64,000 nt of DNA, taken from positions 2,142,290 through 2,206,289 of the forward strand of contig OZ244890.1 of the NCBI GenBank assembly GCA_965221455.1. Reading direction: 5' to 3'. The position numbers and the translations under genes are program-made. Below the pieces are notes generated by a model. It saw only the letters and a program-made list of their open reading frames with translations, was not told the origin of the DNA and made no database searches. Below, in pieces: positions 31,030-42,296 of the stretch; the stretch's first letter is position 1, and each line of letters opens with the position of its first letter. Source of the DNA: Gammaproteobacteria bacterium (GTDB lineage Bacteria > Pseudomonadota > Gammaproteobacteria > Eutrophobiales > Eutrophobiaceae).

Positions 31030-33432
31030 ACCACCACAACCCTGACCTACGATGCCCGCAGACGCCTGCTCACCAGAACCATCGACAGCCAAACCACCAC
31101 CTACACCTACGACGGCATCGGCAACATCACCAAAACCACCTTGCCGAACGGTTCATTCCTGACATACGAATACGATGCAGCACAACGATTGACAGCGGTA
31201 CAAGACAATCTGCGCAACCGCATCGAATACACACTGGACAAACTGGGCAACAGAACACAAGAAAATGTCAAAGACCCGAGCGGCACCCTGACGCGCACCC
31301 TGAGTCGAACCTACAACAGCCTCAATCGATTAACCAAAATCACAGGCGGAGCGAATCAAGCCACCACCTTCGCCCATGATACCCATGGCAACCCAACCAG
31401 CGTCACAGTAGATGCCATCACCACCACCAATAGCGCCGGACTCAACCAACAAACAAGCCAGGCCTATGATGCACTGAACCGAATCAGCACCAGCACCGAT
31501 GCCACCAACGGCATCACCACCTATACCTATGACGCCAGAGACAACCTGACCAGCGTCACCGATGCAAAAGGCTACATCACCCGCTATACCTACAGTGGTT
31601 TAGACGATCTGACACAACAACAAAGTCCGGACACTGGCACCACGCGCTACGGCTATGACAGCGTCGGCAACAGAACCAGCCAGATTGATGCACGGGGCAT
31701 CAGCAACACCTACAGCTACGACGCCCTGAACCGATTAACCAACATCAGCTACCCGGACAGCACCCAAAACGTGACCTACACCTATGACAGCGCAACCGGA
31801 TGTAACAAAGGCAAAGGCAGACTATGCAAAATGGCAGATGCCAGTGGCAGCACGACCTACAGCTACGATGCACGAGGCAACCTCAGTAGCCAGACCACGA
31901 CCATCGGCAGCAACATAAAGACCACCCGTTACACCTACAATGGAGCCGACCAACTGACACAAATGACCTATCCGGGAGGGCGAACAGTCGATTACACCCG
32001 TAACACACTGGGGCAAATCAGCGGCGTGACCACAAAACAAGGCAGTACAGCCAGCGTCACCATCAGCAGCAACATGACCTGGAAACCCTTCGGCCCCATG
32101 AGCGGCATGACCTATGGCAACAACCTGGTACAAAGCAAGACCTACGACCTGGACTACCGCCTGACACAAATTCTCACCACGAACGGCAGCACCCATCAAA
32201 ACCTGAGCTACACCCACAATGCCGCAGACAACATCACCCGCATTGCCGATACCGTTACAAGCAGCCGCAGTCAAACACTGGTCTATGACAAACTCAATCG
32301 ACTGACCGATGCCACCAGCCACTATGGAGATATCGACTATGCCTATGATACGATAGGCAACAGAACCAGAGAAACAAACAATACAGTCGCAGAAACCTAC
32401 AGCTACAAAATGAATAGCCATCAACTGACCCAAAAAGGGACGACGACGTACACCCATGCTGCCAATGGCAACATGACCGACAACAGCAGACACACCTTTA
32501 CCTACGGAGATAACAACCGGCTAAAACACATCAGTGTCTCTGGCAGCACCATTGCCACCCATACCTACACCTACAATGGACGCGGAGAACGTGTCAAGAA
32601 AAGCGGCAACAGCACCACCTACTACCATTACGACCCAAGCGGCCAACTCATTGCAGAAACAGATACACTGGGCAACACACAAGTGGAATACATCTACATT
32701 GATAGCCGACCGGCAGCGATAGTGAGGAATGGCACACTGCATTACATCCACCCAGACCATCTGGGGACACCGCAGAAGATAACCAATCAGACACAAGCGA
32801 CTGTATGGGAAGCGGCGTATACGCCGTTTGGTAAAGCAACGATAACCACTAGTACGATTACCAATAACCTGAGGTTCCCCGGCCAGTATTACGATGTGGA
32901 AACGAATCTTCACTACAACATGTTCCGTTATTATGACCCTACGTTAGGGCGTTACATCACTTCAGACCCAATCGGATTATTAGGTGGAATCAACACCTAT
33001 GCTTATGTAGGGCAGAATCCAATCAGGTACATTGACCCGGATGGCAGGGTGTTGGTGCCAGCCGTTACAGGTGGTGTGGGTCTTGTGGTCGGCGGTGTTA
33101 GTGGAGCGATACAGAGTGGAACTATTGGGGGAGCTTTCAAAGGTGCCATCATTGGCGGTGCTGCGGGTGCATTGGCTGGTGTGGGTTTTGCGGGATTTGT
33201 CCCTGCAACGGCGAAACTCACGGGCAGCGGTATTGGTAGCACCATCGGTGGTATTATCGGCGGTCTTCTTGGTAATGCTGTTACGGGGTCATCCATTGTT
33301 GGGGATGCCATCGGTGCACCCTTACCTGGTTCAGGTAGCCTTGACCCTACGGATGAAGTTACCCGGCAGCAATTCTGTCTGCTGAACCCTAATGCAGTCA
33401 TATGCCAAGATGAATCAACCGAATGTGAATAA
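30556..33432 (+). CDS. Transposase(OrfB)-Rhs fusion ORF, tip B1
   Basis: OrfB to RVDNG, then YD repeats, Rhs core, DPDG and a Gly-rich tip with Cys tail. Confidence 0.8.
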   Translation: MALQLSRSVYRYQPKPRDDTPLIDGLLALLEQYPRFGIKKLFILLRKQGHGWNHKRVYRVYCQLGLNLKRRTKKRLPGRYPQVLAIPASVNQCWSMDFMSDCLYDGRRFRTLNIVDDFNREVLAIEVDLSLTAERVVRVLNRLSEWRGLPQAIRVDNGTTTTLTYDARRRLLTRTIDSQTTTYTYDGIGNITKTTLPNGSFLTYEYDAAQRLTAVQDNLRNRIEYTLDKLGNRTQENVKDPSGTLTRTLSRTYNSLNRLTKITGGANQATTFAHDTHGNPTSVTVDAITTTNSAGLNQQTSQAYDALNRISTSTDATNGITTYTYDARDNLTSVTDAKGYITRYTYSGLDDLTQQQSPDTGTTRYGYDSVGNRTSQIDARGISNTYSYDALNRLTNISYPDSTQNVTYTYDSATGCNKGKGRLCKMADASGSTTYSYDARGNLSSQTTTIGSNIKTTRYTYNGADQLTQMTYPGGRTVDYTRNTLGQISGVTTKQGSTASVTISSNMTWKPFGPMSGMTYGNNLVQSKTYDLDYRLTQILTTNGSTHQNLSYTHNAADNITRIADTVTSSRSQTLVYDKLNRLTDATSHYGDIDYAYDTIGNRTRETNNTVAETYSYKMNSHQLTQKGTTTYTHAANGNMTDNSRHTFTYGDNNRLKHISVSGSTIATHTYTYNGRGERVKKSGNSTTYYHYDPSGQLIAETDTLGNTQVEYIYIDSRPAAIVRNGTLHYIHPDHLGTPQKITNQTQATVWEAAYTPFGKATITTSTITNNLRFPGQYYDVETNLHYNMFRYYDPTLGRYITSDPIGLLGGINTYAYVGQNPIRYIDPDGRVLVPAVTGGVGLVVGGVSGAIQSGTIGGAFKGAIIGGAAGALAGVGFAGFVPATAKLTGSGIGSTIGGIIGGLLGNAVTGSSIVGDAIGAPLPGSGSLDPTDEVTRQQFCLLNPNAVICQDESTECE

Positions 33433-33766
33433 ACTGGTCAGCTTTTTTGTCAAAACCGCCTATCTTATTGCTTATTTTAATATCATTATCCACATTGGCT
33501 ATCTAATTCTTTTTACACTTGGAATGGTCAGTGCACCACTAGATGAACGCGGTGGTGTGCAATCGCCATTTTGGATGGTGGTGGGATTCTGTTTACTCAT
33601 GCCTTTTTCATGTTGGTTGGTGTTGCACTGGCGTTATGAGGTTGATTTGATGACGATGCAACAAGGCAGCAGTGCCCTCAGTCGCTTTATTTTTGTTTCT
33701 ATATCGTTGGTGGGCAATGCTTTTTTCATTTATTGGTTTTTTGACGTAATCGTGGACTGGATTTAG
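33392..33766 (+). CDS. Putative membrane immunity protein B1
   Basis: 3 TM segments; probable GTG start overlapping the toxin stop; paralog of 44656-45030. Confidence 0.75.
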   Translation: MQSYAKMNQPNVNKLVSFFVKTAYLIAYFNIIIHIGYLILFTLGMVSAPLDERGGVQSPFWMVVGFCLLMPFSCWLVLHWRYEVDLMTMQQGSSALSRFIFVSISLVGNAFFIYWFFDVIVDWI

Positions 33767-33776
33767 TTGTTAATTT

Positions 33777-33916
33777 TCAAATAGGCTTCATTGCGTTTTC
33801 AACACGCTGTTTAGCAATCATTGCATCAATCAGCTTAACCACTGTTTCCTGGTCTTCATTATTGAAGGCTTCTAATTCCTGAAAACGTTCGATCAAACGA
33901 GTGTTATGTAATGGAA
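33777..33916 (-). pseudogene. C-terminal remnant of an XRE HTH regulator
   Basis: PLHNTRLIERFQELEAF...KLIDAMIAKQRVE aligns with the C-terminus of 38234-38582; cut by an IS end. Confidence 0.7.
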
Positions 33917-36361
<2,445 letters not shown>

Positions 36362-36372
<11 letters not shown>

Positions 36373-36778
36373 TATTATTAGAATTATGAATGTAACGAAT
36401 AAAATTCCAATTGTATTTTTATCGTTTTATTTATTGTCTGGCATATATATATTATGGATATATAGATTATTGATAGAACCAGATATTGAAAGTTTGTTGC
36501 TATATGGGTTTTATTCGTTACCAGTCTTTATTTCTTTTTTAGGAAGTATTAATCTGTTTTTAAAAAGAAGATACAGGGTCCATATTTTTATATGTAGCAT
36601 CTATTGGCTTGTTAATAGCTTATCAGAAATAATATTCTCTGAACGATCGATGTTGCCAAATTCACCATTTATTATTTTGATGTTGTTAGTATCATTTTCT
36701 ACTATTTTTTTTCTTTGTTATACCAAAATAACATTGAGAGAATTAAGGGGTCAAGAATTAAGGGGTCAAAGCCCTTAA
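36362..36778 (+). CDS. Putative membrane immunity protein F
   Basis: AT-rich, 4 TM segments; the 3' end runs into AAGGGGTCA repeats. Confidence 0.7.
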
Positions 36779-37135
36779 ATGAGTAAAAAGAAGGTGACAG
36801 AATTATTTAATTAAAAAGGAGTTTAGAACATGGCCAGGAAAGTATTTTTTAGTTTTAAATATAAAGATGTATCCAGGAGTATGGTCGTTAGAAACAGCTG
36901 GGTTGCTCAAGGCAAGATAGCAGCAGGTTTTATTGATGCAGCGGACTTTGAGGCAGTAAAAAACATAAGGGGTCACCCCTAAGCCAGTAATTGTCAATTG
37001 GCAAAAAGTATCTATTAGCGTTTTTCTTACGCTATTAAAAAAACACACGGGCTTCACTCAATGCACCCACTATTTCAATCGGTTTGGTTTTCTCAGAGAC
37101 TGAGCTGCAATAACTTAAGGGGTCGTAGCCCTTAA
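36739..37135. repeat. REP-like TAAGGGGTC...CCCTTA palindromes (4 copies)
   Basis: Copies at ~36744, ~36759, ~36966 and ~37116. Confidence 0.7.
36830..36982 (+). pseudogene. Truncated Thoeris ThsB-like TIR gene
   Basis: Hand translation MARKVFFSFKYKDVSRSMVVRNSWVAQGKIAAGFIDAADFEAVKN, cut at a REP-like repeat; AAGGAG RBS. Confidence 0.75.
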
Positions 37136-37192
37136 AAGAGTTGAAATTAAATAAAGCAGAACAGGAAAAGACAAACAATAAAGGATTAACTA

Positions 37193-38230
37193 ATGACAGA
37201 TAAAGACTGCTTTGTTATAGCACCGATAGGTGAGCCTGATTCCGATACACGGAAACGTTCAGACCAAGTACTTAAGCATATCATTCGCCCTGCCGTAGCA
37301 GAATGTGGTTACGCTGCTATCCGTGCAGATGAAATAGATAAACCAGGCATTATTACCAGCCAAGTGATCCAACGAGTTGTTAGTGATCCATTAGTCATTG
37401 CTGATCTTACTGAAACTAATCCAAATGTGTTTTATGAATTAGCAATCAGACACGCTATAAAAAAGCCACTCGTCCAAATTATTAAAAAAGGAGAACGTAT
37501 ACCGTTTGATGTAGCAGGCACACGTACTATCCAAGTCGATCATACAGATCTGGATAGTGTTGAGTCTGCCAAGATGGAGATAATTAATCAGATACAGTCA
37601 TTGGAAAAAGAACCTGAAGATATAGAGACGCCTATTTCGGTATCACTGGATTTGCAGATATTAAGACAGAGTGAAAAACCTGAAGAAAGATCGTTAGCGG
37701 ATCTCGTTTCAGCCGTTTCTGATTTGAGATCAAGTATAAGTAAAATTGAAACAAAGATAGGAACAGCAGATGGAGAAGGGATATTAGATGATATAGATAG
37801 GAGATTAAAATCAACGCTAATGCGTTTGGAAGATTCTATGGAGATGTCATCAGGTTACTCTAGGAAAGGTCGTAAATATCAATTTAGGCATTTAAGAGAA
37901 TTGGTACATATGGCTGAAATGGGAAGCAATGGTTCATATGGATTATTAATCGCTATGAGTATGCTTAAGGAACCCTTTCCTTGGTTATATGAAGTTGGAA
38001 TGGAAGTCTATAGAAATGCTAAAAGTGGGGATGGAGAATCAATGGATGAAGCATTTAGAGAGTTTAGGCGACTATCTGAATTTACATTCCACGGCCCACT
38101 ACCCAAAGAAATATTTGGTAGAAATAAAGATATGCATATATTTATAGAAGACCTCAGCCCAATGATGGATGAACTGGCGCATAGGACATTAAAAGAAGCA
38201 AAACTAAGAAGTCCAAAAATAAGGAAATAA
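37193..38230 (+). CDS. Nucleoside 2-deoxyribosyltransferase/TIR-like protein with coiled-coil and C-terminal domain
   Basis: CFVIAPIG...IRAD...IADLT..NPNVFYELAIRHA...PFDV. Confidence 0.75.
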   Translation: MTDKDCFVIAPIGEPDSDTRKRSDQVLKHIIRPAVAECGYAAIRADEIDKPGIITSQVIQRVVSDPLVIADLTETNPNVFYELAIRHAIKKPLVQIIKKGERIPFDVAGTRTIQVDHTDLDSVESAKMEIINQIQSLEKEPEDIETPISVSLDLQILRQSEKPEERSLADLVSAVSDLRSSISKIETKIGTADGEGILDDIDRRLKSTLMRLEDSMEMSSGYSRKGRKYQFRHLRELVHMAEMGSNGSYGLLIAMSMLKEPFPWLYEVGMEVYRNAKSGDGESMDEAFREFRRLSEFTFHGPLPKEIFGRNKDMHIFIEDLSPMMDELAHRTLKEAKLRSPKIRK

Positions 38231-38233
38231 AAT

Positions 38234-38582
38234 TTAACTATCGACTGATTGAATCGCTCCCTCCATTCGCCGTTTAGCAATCACGGCATCGATAACCTTA
38301 ATCACCGTTTCCCTGTCATCCTCATCAAACAGTTCCAGTTCCTGGAAGCGTTTAAACAGCCGTGAATTGCCTAGGGGTGAGTCCTCAGCCGGGTTGCCAG
38401 TAAGCAGATAATCGACAGTAGATTCTAAGGCATCGGCCAGGGCCACCAACACCTCGGCTGGCGGCATATTGAGACCACTCTCGTATTTATTAAGCTGCTG
38501 GAAACGGATATCGACCTTAGCGGCTAACTCCTTCTGAGACCATCGTTTCTGCTTTCTAAGGGATTTGATACGAACACCCAGG
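38234..38582 (-). pseudogene. XRE HTH regulator, start removed by an IS end
   Basis: LGVRIKSLRKQKRWSQKELA...LNKYESG..P; abuts IRL at 38583. Confidence 0.75.
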
Positions 38583-38688
38583 TGTAACCCTCCCCAAAAA
38601 TAGTCCCATGCAAAGCGTCGTGATTTTGTTTGCACTAACAAGAGACAGGAGCACAAAATGCAATCGAAAACCTTTAGTGAAAGTCAGA
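38583..38688 (+). mobile_element. Left-end fragment of a diverged IS407-like element capping an Rhs core
   Basis: TGTAACCCTCCCCAAAAATAGTCCC...ATGCAATCGAAAACCTTTAGTGAAAGTCA joined to Rhs; identical copy at 52427. Confidence 0.8.
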
Positions 38689-38743
38689 CAGCCAAACCAC
38701 CACCTACACCTACGACGGCATCGGCAACATCACCAAAACCACC

Positions 38744-41029
38744 TTGCCGCACGGTTCATTCCTGACATACGAATACGATGCAGCACAACGATTGACAGCG
38801 GTACAAGACAATCTGCGCAACCGCATCGAATACACACTGGACAAACTGGGCAACAGAACACAAGAAAATGTCAAAGACCCGAGCGGCACCCTGACGCGCA
38901 CCCTGAGTCGAACCTACAACAGCCTCAATCGATTAACCAAAATCACAGGCGGAGCGAATCAAGCCACCACCTTCGCCCATGATACCCATGGCAACCAAAC
39001 CAGCGTCACAGTAGATGCCATCACCACCACCAATAGCGCCGGACTCAACCAACAAACAAGCCAGGCCTATGATGCACTGAACCGAATCAGCACCAGCACC
39101 GATGCCACCAACGGCATCACCACCTATACCTATGACGCCAGAGACAACCTGACCAGCGTCACCGATGCAAAAGGCTACATCACCCGCTATACCTACAGTG
39201 GTTTAGACGATCTGACACAACAACAAAGTCCGGACACTGGCACCACGCGCTACGGCTATGACAGCGTCGGCAACAGAACCAGCCAGATTGATGCACGGGG
39301 CATCAGCAACACCTACAGCTACGACGCCCTGAACCGATTAACCAACATCAGCTACCCGGACAGCACCCAAAACGTGACCTACACCTATGACAGCGCAACC
39401 GGATGTAACAAAGGCAAAGGCAGACTATGCAAAATGGCAGATGCCAGTGGCAGCACGACCTACAGCTACGATGCACGAGGCAACCTCAGTAGCCAGACCA
39501 CGACCATCGGCAGCAACATAAAGACCACCCGTTACACCTACAATGGAGCCGACCAACTGACACAAATGACCTATCCGGGTGGGCGAACAGTCGATTACAC
39601 CCGTAACACACTGGGGCAAATCAGCGGCGTGACCACAAAACAAGGCAGTACAGCCAGCGTCACCATCAGCAGCAACATGACCTGGAAACCCTTCGGTCCC
39701 ATGAGCGGCATGACCTATGGCAACAACCTGGTACAAAGCAAGACCTACGACCTGGACTACCGCCTGACACAAATTCTCACCACGAACGGCAGCACCCATC
39801 AAAACCTGAGCTACACCCACAATGCCGCAGACAACATCACCCGCATTGCCGATACCGTTACAAGCAGCCGCAGTCAAACACTGGTCTATGACAAACTCAA
39901 TCGACTGACCGATGCCACCAGCCACTATGGAGATATCGACTATGCCTATGATACGATAGGCAACAGAACCAGAGAAACAAACAATACAGTTGCAGAAACC
40001 TACAGCTACAAAATGAATAGCCATCAACTGACCCAAAAAGGGACGACGACGTACACCCATGCTGCCAATGGCAACATGACCGACAACAGCAGACACACCT
40101 TTACCTACGGAGATAACAACCGGCTAAAACACATCAGTGTCTCTGGCAGCACCATTGCCACCCATACCTACACCTACAATGGACGCGGAGAACGTGTTAA
40201 GAAAAGCGGCAACAGCACCACCTACTACCATTACGACCAAAGCGGCCAACTCATTGCAGAAACAGATACACTGGGCAACACACAAGTGGAATACATCTAC
40301 ATTGATAGCCAACCGGCAGCGATAGTGAGGAATGGCACACTGCATTACATCCACCCAGACCATCTGGGGACACCGCAGAAGATAACCAATCAGACACAAG
40401 CGACTGTATGGGAAGCGACGTATACCCCGTTTGGGAAAGCAACGATAACCACGAGTACGATTACCAATAACCTGAGGTTTCCCGGCCAGTATTACGATAG
40501 GGAAACAGACTTACACTACAACTACTATCGTTATTATGATCCGCAGTTAGGACGGTATATCACCTCGGACCCAATCGGTTTAATTGGTGGCATTAGTACC
40601 TATGCTTATGTCAGTAATAATCCGATTACTGGTACTGACCCTACAGGCTTGATTTGTGGCACAGGGGCTTGTGTGTTTGGCGCAACTATTGGTGTAGGTA
40701 TAATAACGGCAGCGGCCCACGGGATCAGTACGGCAATTAGTGGGGGTAATAGCTCAGATATCCGAAGTGCTCTTGCTGGCGGTTTTGGCTTTGGTGCGGG
40801 CGCCACCTTGGTCGGGATTGTTGGTGGGGGGTCTGCCATTGCCACAGCACTTGGCATAGGTGTTGGTTTTGGGATTGATGCAGCATTTACTGGTGACTCT
40901 ATTGCCAATTTGTTGGTATCTGATGCCGGAGCTAGTTCCCTTGATCCAGTGAATGAGCAGATACAGCGTCAGTTTTGTTTATTGAATCTTGATGCGCCGA
41001 ATTGTCAAGAAGTCAACGAGTGTCGTTAG
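38744..41029 (+). CDS. Truncated Rhs core with tip C1
   Basis: DPTG-LICGTGAC...SLDPVNEQIQRQFCLLNLDAPNCQEVNECR. Confidence 0.8.
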   Translation: MPHGSFLTYEYDAAQRLTAVQDNLRNRIEYTLDKLGNRTQENVKDPSGTLTRTLSRTYNSLNRLTKITGGANQATTFAHDTHGNQTSVTVDAITTTNSAGLNQQTSQAYDALNRISTSTDATNGITTYTYDARDNLTSVTDAKGYITRYTYSGLDDLTQQQSPDTGTTRYGYDSVGNRTSQIDARGISNTYSYDALNRLTNISYPDSTQNVTYTYDSATGCNKGKGRLCKMADASGSTTYSYDARGNLSSQTTTIGSNIKTTRYTYNGADQLTQMTYPGGRTVDYTRNTLGQISGVTTKQGSTASVTISSNMTWKPFGPMSGMTYGNNLVQSKTYDLDYRLTQILTTNGSTHQNLSYTHNAADNITRIADTVTSSRSQTLVYDKLNRLTDATSHYGDIDYAYDTIGNRTRETNNTVAETYSYKMNSHQLTQKGTTTYTHAANGNMTDNSRHTFTYGDNNRLKHISVSGSTIATHTYTYNGRGERVKKSGNSTTYYHYDQSGQLIAETDTLGNTQVEYIYIDSQPAAIVRNGTLHYIHPDHLGTPQKITNQTQATVWEATYTPFGKATITTSTITNNLRFPGQYYDRETDLHYNYYRYYDPQLGRYITSDPIGLIGGISTYAYVSNNPITGTDPTGLICGTGACVFGATIGVGIITAAAHGISTAISGGNSSDIRSALAGGFGFGAGATLVGIVGGGSAIATALGIGVGFGIDAAFTGDSIANLLVSDAGASSLDPVNEQIQRQFCLLNLDAPNCQEVNECR

Positions 41030-41053
41030 ATTAAGTCTTTAAGATAAACGGTA

Positions 41054-41368
41054 ATGCTGAAGAAGATATCATATTTCCTTTTTAGTGAAAGTTGGATCAA
41101 TCATCGAATAGTTGCAGTAATCAGTTTAGGCTTATGGATATATTTTTTATATTATGGCCAATACGTTAAATCGCCGTCACAACCTTCTAAATATCCATTT
41201 CCCTTTCTTGTCTTGTCCATGCTTGCGGCGCACGGGATGTGTGTGTATCTCATAGAACATCATGATGAAAAGTGGCAGCTTTTTATGGGGTATGCTGGTT
41301 TATGTTTTTGGTTTTTTGCGTTAGTACTAACAACTGATCCTATCCTTGACTGGCTTAGGCAAGCCTGA
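41054..41368 (+). CDS. Putative membrane immunity protein C1
   Basis: 3 TM segments; paralog of 51192 and 54891. Confidence 0.78.
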   Translation: MLKKISYFLFSESWINHRIVAVISLGLWIYFLYYGQYVKSPSQPSKYPFPFLVLSMLAAHGMCVYLIEHHDEKWQLFMGYAGLCFWFFALVLTTDPILDWLRQA

Positions 41369-41409
41369 TAAACCAGCGAGATACAAAGCCTCGTTAGTTC
41401 TACTCAATT

Positions 41410-42296
41410 TGTAACCCTCCCCAAAAACAGTCTCATGCAAGATGTTGTGATTTTGTTCATACCAGAGAGAGACAGGAGAACAAAATGCAACCGAAGACAT
41501 TTAGCGAAAGCCAGATATTCAAGATACTGAAAGCAGCAGAAAACGGACGTGCATTAAAAGATTTATGCTGAGAATATGGCATGAGCGATGTGAGTTTTTA
41601 TCGCTGGCGTTCCAAATATGGCGGTATGGAATTAGCTGATATCCGCCGCATGAAAGAACTGGAGAAAGAAAACAATCAGCTTAAGAAAATGTTTGCCGAT
41701 TTGAGCCTGGAGAATACCGCCCTCAAAGATCTTATCGAAAAAAAGCTCTGAGTGTAGATACCAAAAGAGAAAATATTTTGTATCTTCACCAAACCCACAA
41801 GTTGAGTATTCGGCAAGCCTGTTTGGCCTTGCAGTTGAGTCGCTCAGTGTATCGTTATCAGCCCAAACCCAGAGACGATACGCCGCTGATTGATGGGCTA
41901 TTAGCACTGCTGGAACAATATCCACGTTTTGGGATTAAAAAGCTGTTCATTCTGTTGAGGAAACAAGGCCATGGCTGGAATCATAAGCGCGTGTATCGGG
42001 TTTACTGCCAATTGGGACTTAATCTGAAACGGCGCACGAAAAAACGATTGCCTGGTCGGTATCCCCAAGTACTGGCCATCCCGGCATCAGTAAATCAATG
42101 CTGGTCGATGGATTTTATGAGTGATTGTCTCTACGCCGGCCGTCGATTCCGAACACTGAATATTGTCGATGACTTCAACCGAGAAGTCCTGGCCATTGAA
42201 GTTGACTTGAGTTTAACGGCTGAACGCGTGGTGCGTGTGCTGAATCGACTCAGTGAATGGCGTGGCTTACCTCAAGCGATTCGTGTTGATAATGGC
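41410..42296 (+). mobile_element. IS407-like copy 2, truncated and fused to Rhs
   Basis: orfA has an in-frame TGA; same RVDNG junction as copy 1. Confidence 0.88.

Noticed and set aside
41569-41571. TGA recoding in IS orfA
   Set aside because: TGA terminates core genes here (aor, moaD) and copy 1 has CGA, so a nonsense mutation is simpler.
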